64,000 nt of DNA from Rebecca billardiae RCC1528 (taxonomy: Eukaryota > Protista > Haptophyta). A program made the position numbers and the translations under genes. Every line of letters starts with the position of its first letter. Position 1 is the stretch's first letter. The notes beneath the pieces are model-generated. The model was not told the origin of the DNA and searched no databases. It worked only from the letters and a program-made list of their open reading frames with translations. The stretch is taken from the NCBI GenBank assembly GCA_965240325.2, contig OZ251225.1:2852001-2916000 (forward strand). Direction: 5' to 3'. This document shows positions 1 through 11,427 of this stretch, piece after piece.

Positions 1-3000
1 ACGAGGACGACTGCCTCGTGCACCAGGTGAACGCGATCGTGCACTACGGGTACGAGTACCAGGGCGCGACCACGCGCCTCGTGATCACGCCGCTCACCGA
101 CCGCTGCTGGATGACGCTCATCGGCGGGCTGCACCTCAAGCTCGGCGGCGCGCCCGCCGGGCCGGCCGGCACGGGCAAGACGGAGTCGGTCAAGGACCTC
201 GCAAAGGGCATCGGCCGGCAGTGCGTCGTGTTCAACTGCTCGGACCAGCTGGACTACAAGATGATGGGCAAGCTCTTCGCCGGCGTCGCGCAGACCGGCT
301 GCTGGATCTGCCTCGACGAGTTCAACCGCATCGACATCGAGGTGCTCTCGGTCGTCGCGCAGCAGCTGCTGCACATCCGGATCGCGCTGCTCGCCGAGAA
401 GGAGCTCTTCATGTTCGAGGGGCGCGAGATGCGGCTCAAGCCGACGGAGGGCGTGTTCATCACGATGAACCCGGGGTACGCCGGGCGCACCGAGCTGCCC
501 GACAACCTCAAGGCGCTCTTCCGCCCCGTCTCGATGATGGTGCCCGACTACGCGCTGATCGCAGAGATCATGCTCTACGCAGAGGGCTTCCTCGAGGCGC
601 GCAACCTCGCGCAGAAGATGGTCAAGATGTACAAGCTGTGCTCGGAGCAGCTCTCGCAGCAGGACCACTACGACTACGGGATGCGGCAGGTCAAGTCGGT
701 GCTCGTGATGGCCGGCGGGCAGAAGCGCGACAACCCCGACGTGCACGAGAACATCTCGCTGATCCGCGCGATGCGCGAGGCGAACGTGCCGCGCTTCCTT
801 TCACAAGACCTGCCGCTCTTCGAGGCGATCATCTCCGACCTGTACCCGAACATCGACGTGCCCGAGGTGGACTACGGCGCGCTGCAGGCGTCGATCGAGG
901 ACACGATGCGCGCCAACAACCAGCAGGTCATCGAGCGCGCCACCATCAAGGTGATCGAGCTCTACCAGACGTTCAACGTGCGGTTTGGCGTGATGCTGGT
1001 CGGACCGACCGGCGGCGGCAAGACGACGTGCTACAAGACGCTGCAGCAGGCGCTGATCAAGCTGAAGGAGCAGCACCCGGGGCAGAATCCGAACTACCAG
1101 GACGTGAACACGTACACCTTCAACCCCAAGTGCATCTCGATGGGCGAGCTCTACGGCGAGTTCAACGAGCTCACGCAGGAGTGGAAGGACGGGATCGCGT
1201 CGTCGTTCATCCGGCAGGCCGTCTCGTACACCGGCCAGAACGACGACTTCCAGTGGGTCGTCTTCGACGGGCCGGTGGACGCGCTGTGGATCGAGAACAT
1301 GAACACGGTGCTCGACGACAACATGCTGCTCTGCCTCGCCAACGGCGAGCGCATCAAGCTCAACAAGAAGATGCACATGCTCTTCGAGGTGCAGGACCTC
1401 GCCGTCGCGTCGCCCGCGACCGTCTCGCGCTGCGGCATGGTCTACATCTCGCCCGACGTGGTGGGCTGGCGGCCGCTCGCGCTGTCGTGGCTCGCGGACG
1501 ACAAGGCGGGCGTGGCGTCGCTGCTCAAGCCCGAGCACACCACCCACCTCCTCGCGCTCTTCGACGCGTACGTGCCCGCCGGCCTCGAGTGGGTGTCGCG
1601 GCACGCGAAGGAGCACATCCCGACTGTCGAGATGCAGAACGTGGTCTCGCTGATGCACCTCTTCCGCTCGCTGCTGCCCGAGGCGAAGGTGGACCTCGGC
1701 GCGCCGGCGGAGGCGGCGCTGCCGCTGATCAACACGCTCTTCGCCTTCTGCTTCGTCTGGTCGCTCGGCGGCACCTTCGACGAGACCGCGTGGCCCGAGT
1801 TCGACACGTTCGTGCGCGAGAAATTCGCAGAGCACACGTCCTTCCCGCCCTCGGGCGACGTGCACGACTTCTACGTCGAGCTGCCGCAGGGCGAGCTGCG
1901 GCCGTGGGCGGACGTGATGCCCAGCTTCCAGTACGACCCGTCGATGCCCTACTTCAACCTCCTCGTGCCGACCACCGACACGGTGCGCTTTGCGTACATC
2001 GTGCGGCAGCACCTGAGCGTGATGTCGCCTGTGCTCATCTCGGGCCTGACCGGCGTCGGCAAGTCGGTGATGCTGATGAACACGATCGTCAAGATGCAGG
2101 ACGAGGGGCAGTGGGTGTACATGGCGCTCTCGTTCTCCGCGCAGACGCAGTCCTCGCGCACGCAGGAGACCATCGAGTCCAAGCTGGACAAGCGCAAGAA
2201 GACGCTGCTCGGCGCGCCGCCGGGCAAGCGCATCGTCATGTTTGTCGACGACATCAACATGCCCGCGCTCGAGACGTACGGCGCGTCGCCGCCGGTCGAG
2301 CTGCTGCGGCAGATCCTCGACCACCAGGGGTGCTACGACCGCTCGAAGATCTTCTGGAAGTCCATCGTCGACATGGTCGAGATGTGCGCGTGCGGGCCGG
2401 CGGGCGGCGGGCGCAACGCGCTCACGCCCCGCTTTGTGCGGCACCACGCGTGCATCTCGATGCCGCAGCCCTCGCCCGAGGCGATGAAGCAGATCTTCCA
2501 GGCGATCATCGGCGGGTACCTCTCGAGCGCCGCGTCGCCGGACATCAAGTCGCTCGGCAAGGCAATCGTCGACTCGACCGTCGACCTCTTCTTCAACGTG
2601 ACGCGCGACCTGAAGCCGATCCCGGCCAAGGCGCACTACACGTTCAACCTGCGCGACGTCTCCAAGGTGGTGCAGGGCATCCTGATGGTGAAGGCGTCGC
2701 ACCTGCCGGACAAGGAGACGCTGGCGAAGCTGTGGATGCACGAGGTGATGCGCGTGTTCCACGACCGGCTCATCGACGACGCCGACCGCGGCTACTTCAC
2801 CTCGATGCTCGTCGACTTTGTCAAGGCCGTCTTCAAGATGCCGTGGTCGCACGAGGACCTGTTTGTCGACTCAAAGGTCGTGTTCGGTGACTACATGAAG
2901 CCGGGCGTCGCGCAGGAGGACCGGCGGTACGAGCTCGTGCCGAGCACGGAGCGGATCCCGACCGTGTTCGGCGACTACCTCGACGAGTACAACATCGCGA

Positions 3001-6000
3001 ACAAGGAGATGAAGCTCGTCTTCTTCTGGGACGCGTGCGAGCACGTCTCGCGGCTCGCGCGCATCCTGCGCCAGCCGCGCGGCAACGCGATGCTCGTCGG
3101 CGTCGGCGGCTCGGGCAAGCAGTCGCTCACGCGCTTCGCGGCGTTCATGGCGGAGTACAAGTGCTCGCAGATCGAGCTGAAGAAGGGGTACGGCTACCAG
3201 GAGTTCCGCGAGGACCTCAAGCAGCTCTACTTCTACGCGGGCTGCGACGGGCTGCCGATCGTGTTCCTCTTCTCGGACACGCAGATCGTGACCGAGTCGT
3301 TCGTCGAGGACATCAACAACATCCTCAACTCGGGCGAGGTGCCCAACCTGTTCGCGAGCGACGAGTGGGAGCGGATCATCGCGGCGGTCACGCCCGCGTG
3401 CACCGCGCTCGGCATCCCCGAGACGCGCGACAACGTCAAGCTCCACTTCATCGAGCGCGTGCGCGAGAACCTGCATATTGTGCTGTGCATGTCGCCGGTC
3501 GGCAACGCGTTCCGCGTGCGCTGCCGCCAGTTCCCGTCGCTGATCAACTGCTGCACGATCGACTGGTACGACCGGTGGCCGGCGGAGGCGCTCAAGTCGG
3601 TCTCGACGCAGTTCTTCGAGCAGCTCGAGCTAGGCGACAACGCCGACGAGCTCCGCCCCGCGCTGTGCGACATGTGCTCTGTGATTCACATCTCGGTCGT
3701 GCAGACGGCAGACCGCTTCCACAACGAGCTGCGCCGCCGCTTCTACGTGACTCCAAAGTCGTTCCTCGAGCTGATCTCGCTGTACCTGAGCATGCTCGGC
3801 GAGCAGCGCGAGAGTATGGACGCGGCGATCTCGCGCCTCTCCGTCGGCATCCAGAAGCTCACCGACACGAACAAGCTGGTCTCTGGCATGAAGGAGGAGC
3901 TGAACGAGCTGCAGCCGATCCTCAAGAAGAAGACCGCCGAGGCCGAGGAGCTGCTCGTCCGCGTGTCGAAGGACTCGGAGGACGCGGCGAAGCGCGAGGC
4001 GGAGGTGGCGGTCGAGGCGGAGGCGACGCACAAGATCGAGGTCTCCACGCAGGCCATCGCCGACGACGCGAAGCGCGACCTCGACCTCGCGCTGCCCGCG
4101 TTCGAGTCGGCGCTCAAGGCGCTCAACGCGCTCTCGAAGAACGACATCAACGAGATCAAGTCGTTCGCCAAGCCGCCGCCGCTGGTGCAGAAGGTGATGG
4201 AGTGCGTGTGCCTGCTGCTCGGGCAGCCGGTCAACTGGGACTCGGCGAAGAAGGTGCTCTCCGACGGCCAGTTCATGAACAAGCTCGTCAACTACGACAA
4301 GGACAACATCCCCCCCAAGATCATCAAGGGCGTCGTCAAGTACTACGACGACCCAGAGTTCGAGCCCGAGGTGGTGATGAAGGTGTCGCTCGCGGCCAAG
4401 TCGCTGTGCATGTGGTGCCGCGCGATGAAGGTGTACGACGAGGTCGCGAAGGAGGTCGAGCCGAAGAAGGCCAAGCTCGCCGAGTCCACCAAGAAGCTCG
4501 AGGACGCGCAGGCGTCGCTGCAGAAGGTGCAGGACGAGCTGCAGGGCGTCCGCGACCGCGTCGCCGCGCTGCGCAAGCAGGCGGACGATACGGTGGCGGA
4601 GAAGGAGCAGCTGGTGGAGCAGGCGGCGCAGACGGAGGCGCGGCTCAAGCGCGCGGGCAAGCTCACCTCCGGCCTCGGCGACGAGTCCGTCCGCTGGGTC
4701 GCCACCGTTGAGGAGCTGACGAAGACGCGCACCGACCTGACGGGCAACGTGTTTGTCGCGGCCGCGTGCATCGCCTACTACGGCGTCTTCACGAGCGAGT
4801 ACCGCAACGAGCTGGTGCATTCGTGGGTGGAGGGGTGCGTCGAGCGGGGCATCCCCGTGCTCTCCGACTTCCGCCTCTCCAAGGTCCTCGCCGACCCCGT
4901 CAAGGTGCGCGAGTGGAACATCTGGGGGCTGCCGGTCGACGACTACTCGACTGAGAACGGCATCCTCGCGACGCGCGGCAAGCGCTGGCCGCTGTCCATC
5001 GACCCGCAGGGGCAGGCGAACAAGTGGGTGAAGAACATGGAGTCGAAGAACTCGCTCAAGGTGGTCAAGTCGAACGACACGACCATCCTGCGCACCCTCG
5101 AGAACTCGATCCGGCTGGGCACGCCCGTGCTGCTCGAGGATGTGGGCGAGGAGCTCGACCCAGCGATCGACCCGGTTCTGCAGAAGCAGGTCTTCAAGCA
5201 GCAGGGCCGGCTGCTCATCCGCGTGGGCGACTCGGACGTGGACTACGCCGAGTCGTTCCGGTTCTACATGACCACCAAGATGCCCAACCCGCACTACCTC
5301 CCCGAGGTGTGCATCAAGGTGACGATCATCAACTTCACCGTGACGATCAAGGGGCTCGAGGACCAGCTGCTCGGGCTGGTCGTGCGCGAGGAGCGGCCCG
5401 ACCTCGAGAAGCAGAAGAACCACCTGGTCTTCTCGATGGCGGCGGACAACAAGCAGCTGAAGGACCTGGAGGACAAGATCCTGCGGCTGCTCTCGCTCTC
5501 CGAGGGCAACATCCTCGACGACGAGGTGCTGATCAACACGCTCTCCGACTCGAAGATCACGTCGGGCGTCATCCAGGGGCGCGTCAAGGAGGCGGAGGAG
5601 ACTGAGAAGGAGATCAACCAGACGCGGCTCACGTACACGCCCGCCGCGGTGCGCGGCTCGATCCTGTACTTCGTGATCGCCGACCTCGCCAACATCGACC
5701 CGATGTACCAGTTCTCCCTCGAGTACTTCACCTCGCTCTTCCACGTGTGCATCTCCAAGTCGGTCAAGTCGGACGACCTCGAGACACGGCTGCAGAACAT
5801 CATGGACTACGCTTCGCTCAACATCTACCGCAACGTCTCGCGCGGGCTGTTCGGCGCGCACAAGATGATCTACTCGTTCATGCTCGCCACCGCGATCCTG
5901 CGCGCCAAGGGCGACATCACGCACGCGCAGATGATGACGCTGCTCACCGGCGCGGGCGTGTACGATGAGGCGCAGCTGCCGCCCGCGCCGAGCGGGCTCG

Positions 6001-8823
6001 ATGTGCCGCAGTGGGCGCAGTGCTGGCACCTCTCGCACAAGCTGGCGGACCAGGGCTTCGACGGCTTCGCGCAGGAGATGGAGGGCAACGCGCAGGCGTG
6101 GGTCGAGTGCCTCGAGGTCGCCGAGCCGCACAAGGCCACGCTCCCCGGCAAGTGGGACGCGAAGCTCAGCTCGTTCTCGCGGATGCTCGTCGTGCGCGCG
6201 TTCCGCATGGAGAAGCTGACGCTCGCGTGCACCGACTACGTCGCGGAGCAGCTCGGGCGGGAGTACATCGAGGACCCGCCGCTCAACCTGCACGACGTGT
6301 TCCCCGACTCGACCAAGTCGACCCCGCTCGTCTTCGTCCTCTCCACCGGCGCCGACCCGATGTCCACCATCCTGCGGTTTGCGGCCGAGCGCGGGTACGA
6401 GGCGCGCACGCACTCCATCTCGCTCGGCCAGGGCCAGGGGCCGGTCGCGGACAAGCTCATCCAGGAGGCATGCCGCTCGGGCGACTGGGTGGTGCTGTCG
6501 AACTGCCACCTGGCCAAGTCGTGGATGCCCAAGCTCGAGAAGGTCGTCGAGTCCTTCCCCTCCTCCATCGACATCCACGACGAGTTCCGGCTGTGGCTCA
6601 CGTCGATGCCGGTCAACTACTTCCCTGTGCCCGTGCTGCAGACGTCCCTGAAGATGACCTTCGAGCCGCCCAAGGGGATCCGCTCCAACCTGAAGGGGAC
6701 GTGGTCGACGATCACGGAGGGGCAGTGGGACGCGTGCTCCAAGCCGCAGATGTGGCACAAGCTGCTCTTCGGCGTCACCTTCTTCCACGCCGTCGTGCAG
6801 GAGAGGCGCAAGTTTGGGCCTCTCGGATGGTGCGCGCACGCGCCCGCGCGCGCGCGCGCGCGCGAGCGCCCGCGCCCGCGTGAGCGCGCGCGTGCGCGCG
6901 CGGCTGCAAGCGGCTCGCACACGCGCGCGTTCCGAGGGGGGAGCGCGCCGCGCGGCTGCGTGCGCGCCCTCGCGCTGAGCCGCGCGTCCCGCGCGCGCGC
7001 GCCCGCCGCGCGCCGCAGGAACATCCGGTACGAGTTCAACACGACCGACCTCGAGGTGGCGATCGAGACGCTCAAGATGTTCCTCGACGAGCAGGACGAG
7101 ATCCCGTGGGACGCGCTGCTGTACGTGACGGGGCAGATCCACTACGGCGGGCGCGTGACCGACGACTGGGACCGGCGGTGCCTGATGTGCGTGCTGGGCA
7201 AGTACTACAGCCGCGAGATCCTCGAGGACGGTTACTTCTTCGACGAGTCGGGCGAGTACTACGCGCCCGACCACGCTGAGATGAACGTGGGCGGCGTGAG
7301 CGCCGTGCGCAAGTACGTGGAGGGCCTGCCGACGCAGGACGGCGTCGGGCTGTTTGGGCTGCACGGCAACGCGCGGATCACGTTCGAGACGCAGGAGACG
7401 CTCAAGCTGCTCGACACGATGACCTCGCTCCAGCCGCGCGAGTCCGGCGGCGCCGAGGGCGAGTCACCCGAGCAGCTCGTGTCTGCGCTGTGCGAGAAGC
7501 TCGGCGGGGACATGCCCGAGCAGCTGTCGCGCGACGAGGCGGGGCCGAGCACGTTCGAGCTGAACGAGAAGGGCGAGCTCGACTCGCTGCAGATCGTGCT
7601 GCTGCACGAGATGAGCCGCTTCAACAAGCTGCTCACGCGCGTCAAGGCGACGCTCGTGGACTTGCGAAACGTGCGCGCGCGCGCCGGCGCGCCGCCCGCG
7701 CGGGCGCGCGCGCTCGCGCCGCGCGGCGCGGCATGTCGGCTCACCCGCACGCGCCCCCCCGCCGCCGGCACCCGCGTTCGCGCGCGGCTGCACGCAGGCG
7801 ATCAAGGGGCTGGTCGTGATGAGCGGCGAGCTCGACGCCATGTTCGGCGCCATGCTCATCAACAAGGTGCCAGGTCTGTGGGAGAAGGTGCGCGCACGCA
7901 CGCACACGCGCACGCACGCACACGCGCACGCACGCACACGCGCGCACACGCGCGCGCGCGCCTGCCTTGGCACGCGCACGCACGCACGCGCACGCCTGCT
8001 TCGTGCACGCACGCGCCTGGCGCTTTGCGCCTGCCTCACGCGTGCCCGGCCCCGCGCCGTGCCGCCGCGTGCCCCGCAGGTGTCGTTCCTAAGCCTTAAG
8101 CCTCTCGGCTCGTGGGTGAAGGACCTGCAGACGCGCGTCGCCTTCTTCAGGGGATGGTGCGTGTGCACGCCTGCCAGTGCGCCGCGCGCCGTCTCTGAGG
8201 AGCCACGCGGCTGCTCCGCCTCCGCGCCGCGCGCGCGGCGCTGTCACTGGGGCGCGGCTCGGCGTGCTCACACCGCCCGCCCGCGCGCGCACGCGCGCCC
8301 GCCCGCCCTCTCTCTCGCGCTGCGCCGCGTCAGGCTGGTGCACGGCCGCCCGGCGTGCTTCAACATGCCGGCCTTCTTCTTCCCGCAGGGCTTCATGACG
8401 GGCGCGCTGCAGCTGCACGCGCGCAAGTACGCGATCCCGATCGACACGCTCAACTTCTCGTTCGCCGTGCGCAAGGAGGAGAGCTCGGAGGAGATCGAGA
8501 CCGCGCCGGACGACGGCGTCTTCATCTCGGGTTTCTTCATGGACGGCGCGCGGTACGACCGCGCAAAGGGCATGATCGAGGACTCGCTGCCAAAGGTGAT
8601 GACCGACACGATGCCGGTCATCCACTTCAGGCCAACCGTCAACTACAAGCGGGACGTGACGGACTACGAGTGCCCGCTGTACAAGACGGCGGTGCGCGCG
8701 GGCGTGCTCAGCACGACGGGCCAGTCCACAAACTTTGTCATCGCGGTCGACCTGCCGACAGACAAGGATCCCAACTACTGGGTGCGCATGGGCACGGCGC
8801 TGCTATGCGCGCTCTCAGACTGA
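1..8823 (+). CDS. DNAH6: Axonemal inner-arm dynein heavy chain, DNAH6-like, 5'-truncated by the window. Exons <1-6829, 7019-7670, 7798-7887, 8080-8156, 8334-8823
   Basis: P-loops GPAGTGKT, GPTGGGKT, GLTGVGKS and GVGGSGKQ; LDEFNRID; stalk coiled coil with microtubule-binding domain; C-terminal YECPLYKT. LDYKMMG and QQDHYDYGMRQVKSVLVMAG resemble the DNAH6 subfamily. Removing four GT-AG introns restores conserved text (PLGW|NIRYEF, DLRN|AIKGLVVMS, LWEK|VSFLSLKPL, FRGW|LVHG). Stop TGA at 8821-8823. Confidence 0.93.
6830..7018 (+). other. Spliceosomal intron (189 nt, in frame, no stop codon)
   Basis: GTGCGC...CGCAG, (GC)n-rich; it interrupts the conserved dynein motif GPLGWNIxYEF. Confidence 0.9.
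7671..7797 (+). other. Spliceosomal intron (127 nt)
   Basis: GTGCGC...CTCAC...CGCAG; removal restores the dynein reading frame. Confidence 0.9.
7888..8079 (+). other. Spliceosomal intron (192 nt, in frame, no stop codon), rich in CACG/CGCA repeats
   Basis: GTGCGC...CTCAC...CGCAG. Confidence 0.9.
8157..8333 (+). other. Spliceosomal intron (177 nt, in frame, no stop codon)
   Basis: GTGCGT...CTCAC...GTCAG. Confidence 0.88.
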
Positions 8824-9253
8824 TGATGATCAGCAGATTATTCAGAGACTACTACAGACGCTACTACTCTAGGGTAGCCTGTCATAGTCGCGCTAGCTCA
8901 TCGTCAATGCTGTCATGCTGTAGTCTGTCATCCGCGCATTATTCAGCAGCGACAGCACTCACGTATCGTCAGTCTGAGTTTCGCTCTGCAATCTCGGACT
9001 AGTCGGAGTCTCTCGGACTATCAGCCGGCCTGCTGAGCCGCCTGAGGTCCGTCAGCTGCGAGTCGTCATCACAATCATTATCACGTCGATGTCGCCCCGC
9101 GCCTTAGGCGCGCGGCTGGGCGTGCGTGCGAACTACGATAGATCGATGGCGGCGACGCCGTCGTCGTCGTCGCGCGGGCGGTGGCAGTACATAGCCGATA
9201 CGACTACGCAACAACTGATGCGCCGCGCTGCTCACCTTTGACACACGTTGCGA

Positions 9254-11230
9254 CTACTGACCGCGACAAGTACGAAGCCCTGAAGGCACCATCCCTAGAA
9301 GAGGGAAGGCGACTGCACGACCGTTCGACTGGTTGCGGCGTGGACCACGATGATTGAACTTGAAGCTGGGCTCGCCGACACGGATGCCGGAGACGAGCTC
9401 CGGATGCGCCGCTGCTGTCGCCGCAGTGCGTGTGTATGGATCGCCACTGCTGGCGGCGTCGCCGCGTGGGAGCTGCAGCTCGTCACACCCCAGCACGCGC
9501 GCGCCGTCGTGCTCCGGGGCTCGGCGTGCATGTGAAGCTGAGTGCGCGCGGCTGCCATCGCGCCCGCGCTTGGCGCCCTCCCATGCGGCCGTCGAGTTGC
9601 AGAGGGCATCTGCTTCGCTGATGAGGTGCTCGATGGCAGCGGCGCGCGTGACGATCGCGCCGGCCTCGCTCGCGGCCGCTAGCACGGCGCCCGGCGCGCA
9701 CGGGCGGCGGAGCGTGCACCCCTTGAGCCTCTCGACGTACGAGCGCGCGCTCGCACCGGGCGGCGCGAAGCACGGGTCCCGCCGCAGCGCGCGCGAGAGC
9801 TGGCGGTCCAGCTGCGCGTCCGCGAGCGCGTAGAAGCGATGGTCGTCGGCGAGTGCGGCCGCGATGCGCGCCTTGGTGCCGGCAGGGTCCGGGAGCGCGC
9901 GCATCTCGGCGACGTGCTGGGCAAGGATCTGCAGCCGCGCTTCGCTCGACGGCAGCAGCTCGAGCCGTCGCATGCCGGGGTGCCCCTGCCATGCCGCCGG
10001 CGCCCCGGCCGCTGCGCCCGCGGCGCCGGCGCGCGTCGCATCCACCGCGCGCCGGAGTGTGGTGCGCTCCGCTCCGAGTGCGCGCAGCTGGCGGCGAGAG
10101 TGCTCGCGCCTGGCCGAGGTGCGGCTTTGCTCGGCAAAGGCCGAGGCTGCGCCGTCCACGCGCGAGGTGTGCGGCCTCGCCAGCAGCTCCGCCCCCAGCC
10201 ACCCGCTCGGCAGCCCGAGCGCCGACCCGAGCAGCGCGCAGCTCTCAGCCAGCCGCTCCATCGTACCCACATATACAAACGGCCGCTCGAGGGCCGAGCG
10301 CATCGGGCCGTCCGGGAGCACGGTGGCGTGGGCCGCGCGCGCGGAGGCAAGGGCGGGGAAGGCCATCTCGAGCTGCAGCGGGCAGCGCCACGGGAACGCG
10401 CCGCGCTCCCTCCGCGCCTCCAGGCATGGCAGGCGGTCGCGCAGCCACGACGGGTGCCGCTTGCGAATCGATCGGAAGTAGCTCCAGACGGCGAGGTGGA
10501 AGCTGAGCGGCTCGCGCACGACGGCGAGGTAGACGAAGCGGCAGGTCGGGGGCGGCGGCCACGCGGCGCCGATCACGGGCAGCGCCGCCTCCAGCCGCTG
10601 GCTCTCCCCGGGACCGTACACCTCATGGTCCTCGCCAAAGAGAAGAGGATAGGCGCGCGCGCCGAGCGCCGCGCGCATGCCGCTGCCGAGGGCGTGCACG
10701 AACGGGTCGAAGGCGGCGGCGGCGTCCGGATCGGCGTGCGCGCTCGGAATCCAGACACGGCGGGTGCTGTTCCTCGACGGCCGCCCTCTCCTGAAGAGCC
10801 CGCTGTGCAGCCGGCTGGCCTTGTCCAGAGCTGCCACATACAGCAACCCTTCAAACGCGCCCCAGCCGCACCGGCGCTTCAGCTGGTGGCCGAGCTGCCT
10901 GCGGAGCAGGCTACCCGCCTGCGCGTGCGCGCGCGCGCGCACGCATCGGGCGAAGTGGTCAGCGGCGAGCGCGCCGCGCCGCACAACTCACCCCGCGCGC
11001 GCGCGTGCCGTCTTGGGGATGTGCCGGAAGTGCAGCAGGCCGCATCGGAAGGCCTGCTTCGCACGGTGCCTGTGGCACAGCCTCGACGGCTCCGAAGCTG
11101 CTCCCTGCGGCAGGGTGGGCGCCGCGATGGGTCTCGATGCGACCCCGACTGCAATCGACGCCCATAGGACGAGGGCGGGGGAGCTGCTCCTCATGCATGC
11201 ACCCTTCATGCATGCCTTGTTGGCCGCCAT
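9254..11230 (-). CDS. Secretory-pathway sulfotransferase-like protein (Sulfotransfer_2 / Gal-3-O-sulfotransferase-like). Exons 11230-11009 and 10918-9254, separated by a GC-AG intron at 11008-10919
   Basis: Splicing a 90-nt GCACGC...CGCAG intron rebuilds the PAPS-binding motif HFRHIPKT|AGSLLR. Also the 3'-PB motif VVREPLSFHLAVWSY, the motif FVYVGTMERLAES, and an N-terminal hydrophobic stretch. The exact start Met is uncertain. Confidence 0.7.
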
Positions 11231-11427
11231 CGTTCTGATTCGGCCGCTCAATCAAGAATCTGCTCGTCTGCCGGAGTGAACGGTATCTCGATCCACCAAC
11301 GCTGTCCAACGAACGTACGTAGTGATCCACGATGGCGGATTCCACTGATGGCGGCACGCTCCACGCTGACGCACTCCCTCAGCCTCAGGCTATGCCTCGT
11401 GTGACTACTCCTGTTACTATTCGTGGA

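Noticed and set aside
221-7364. Long alternative-frame and antisense ORFs over dynein (and over most other genes)
   Set aside because: Expected shadows of extreme GC3 bias and few stop codons; no recognisable domains.
6830-8333. Apparent enrichment of 3n introns (3 of 4 in dynein)
   Set aside because: Across the window 6 of 17 are 3n, which is the chance expectation.
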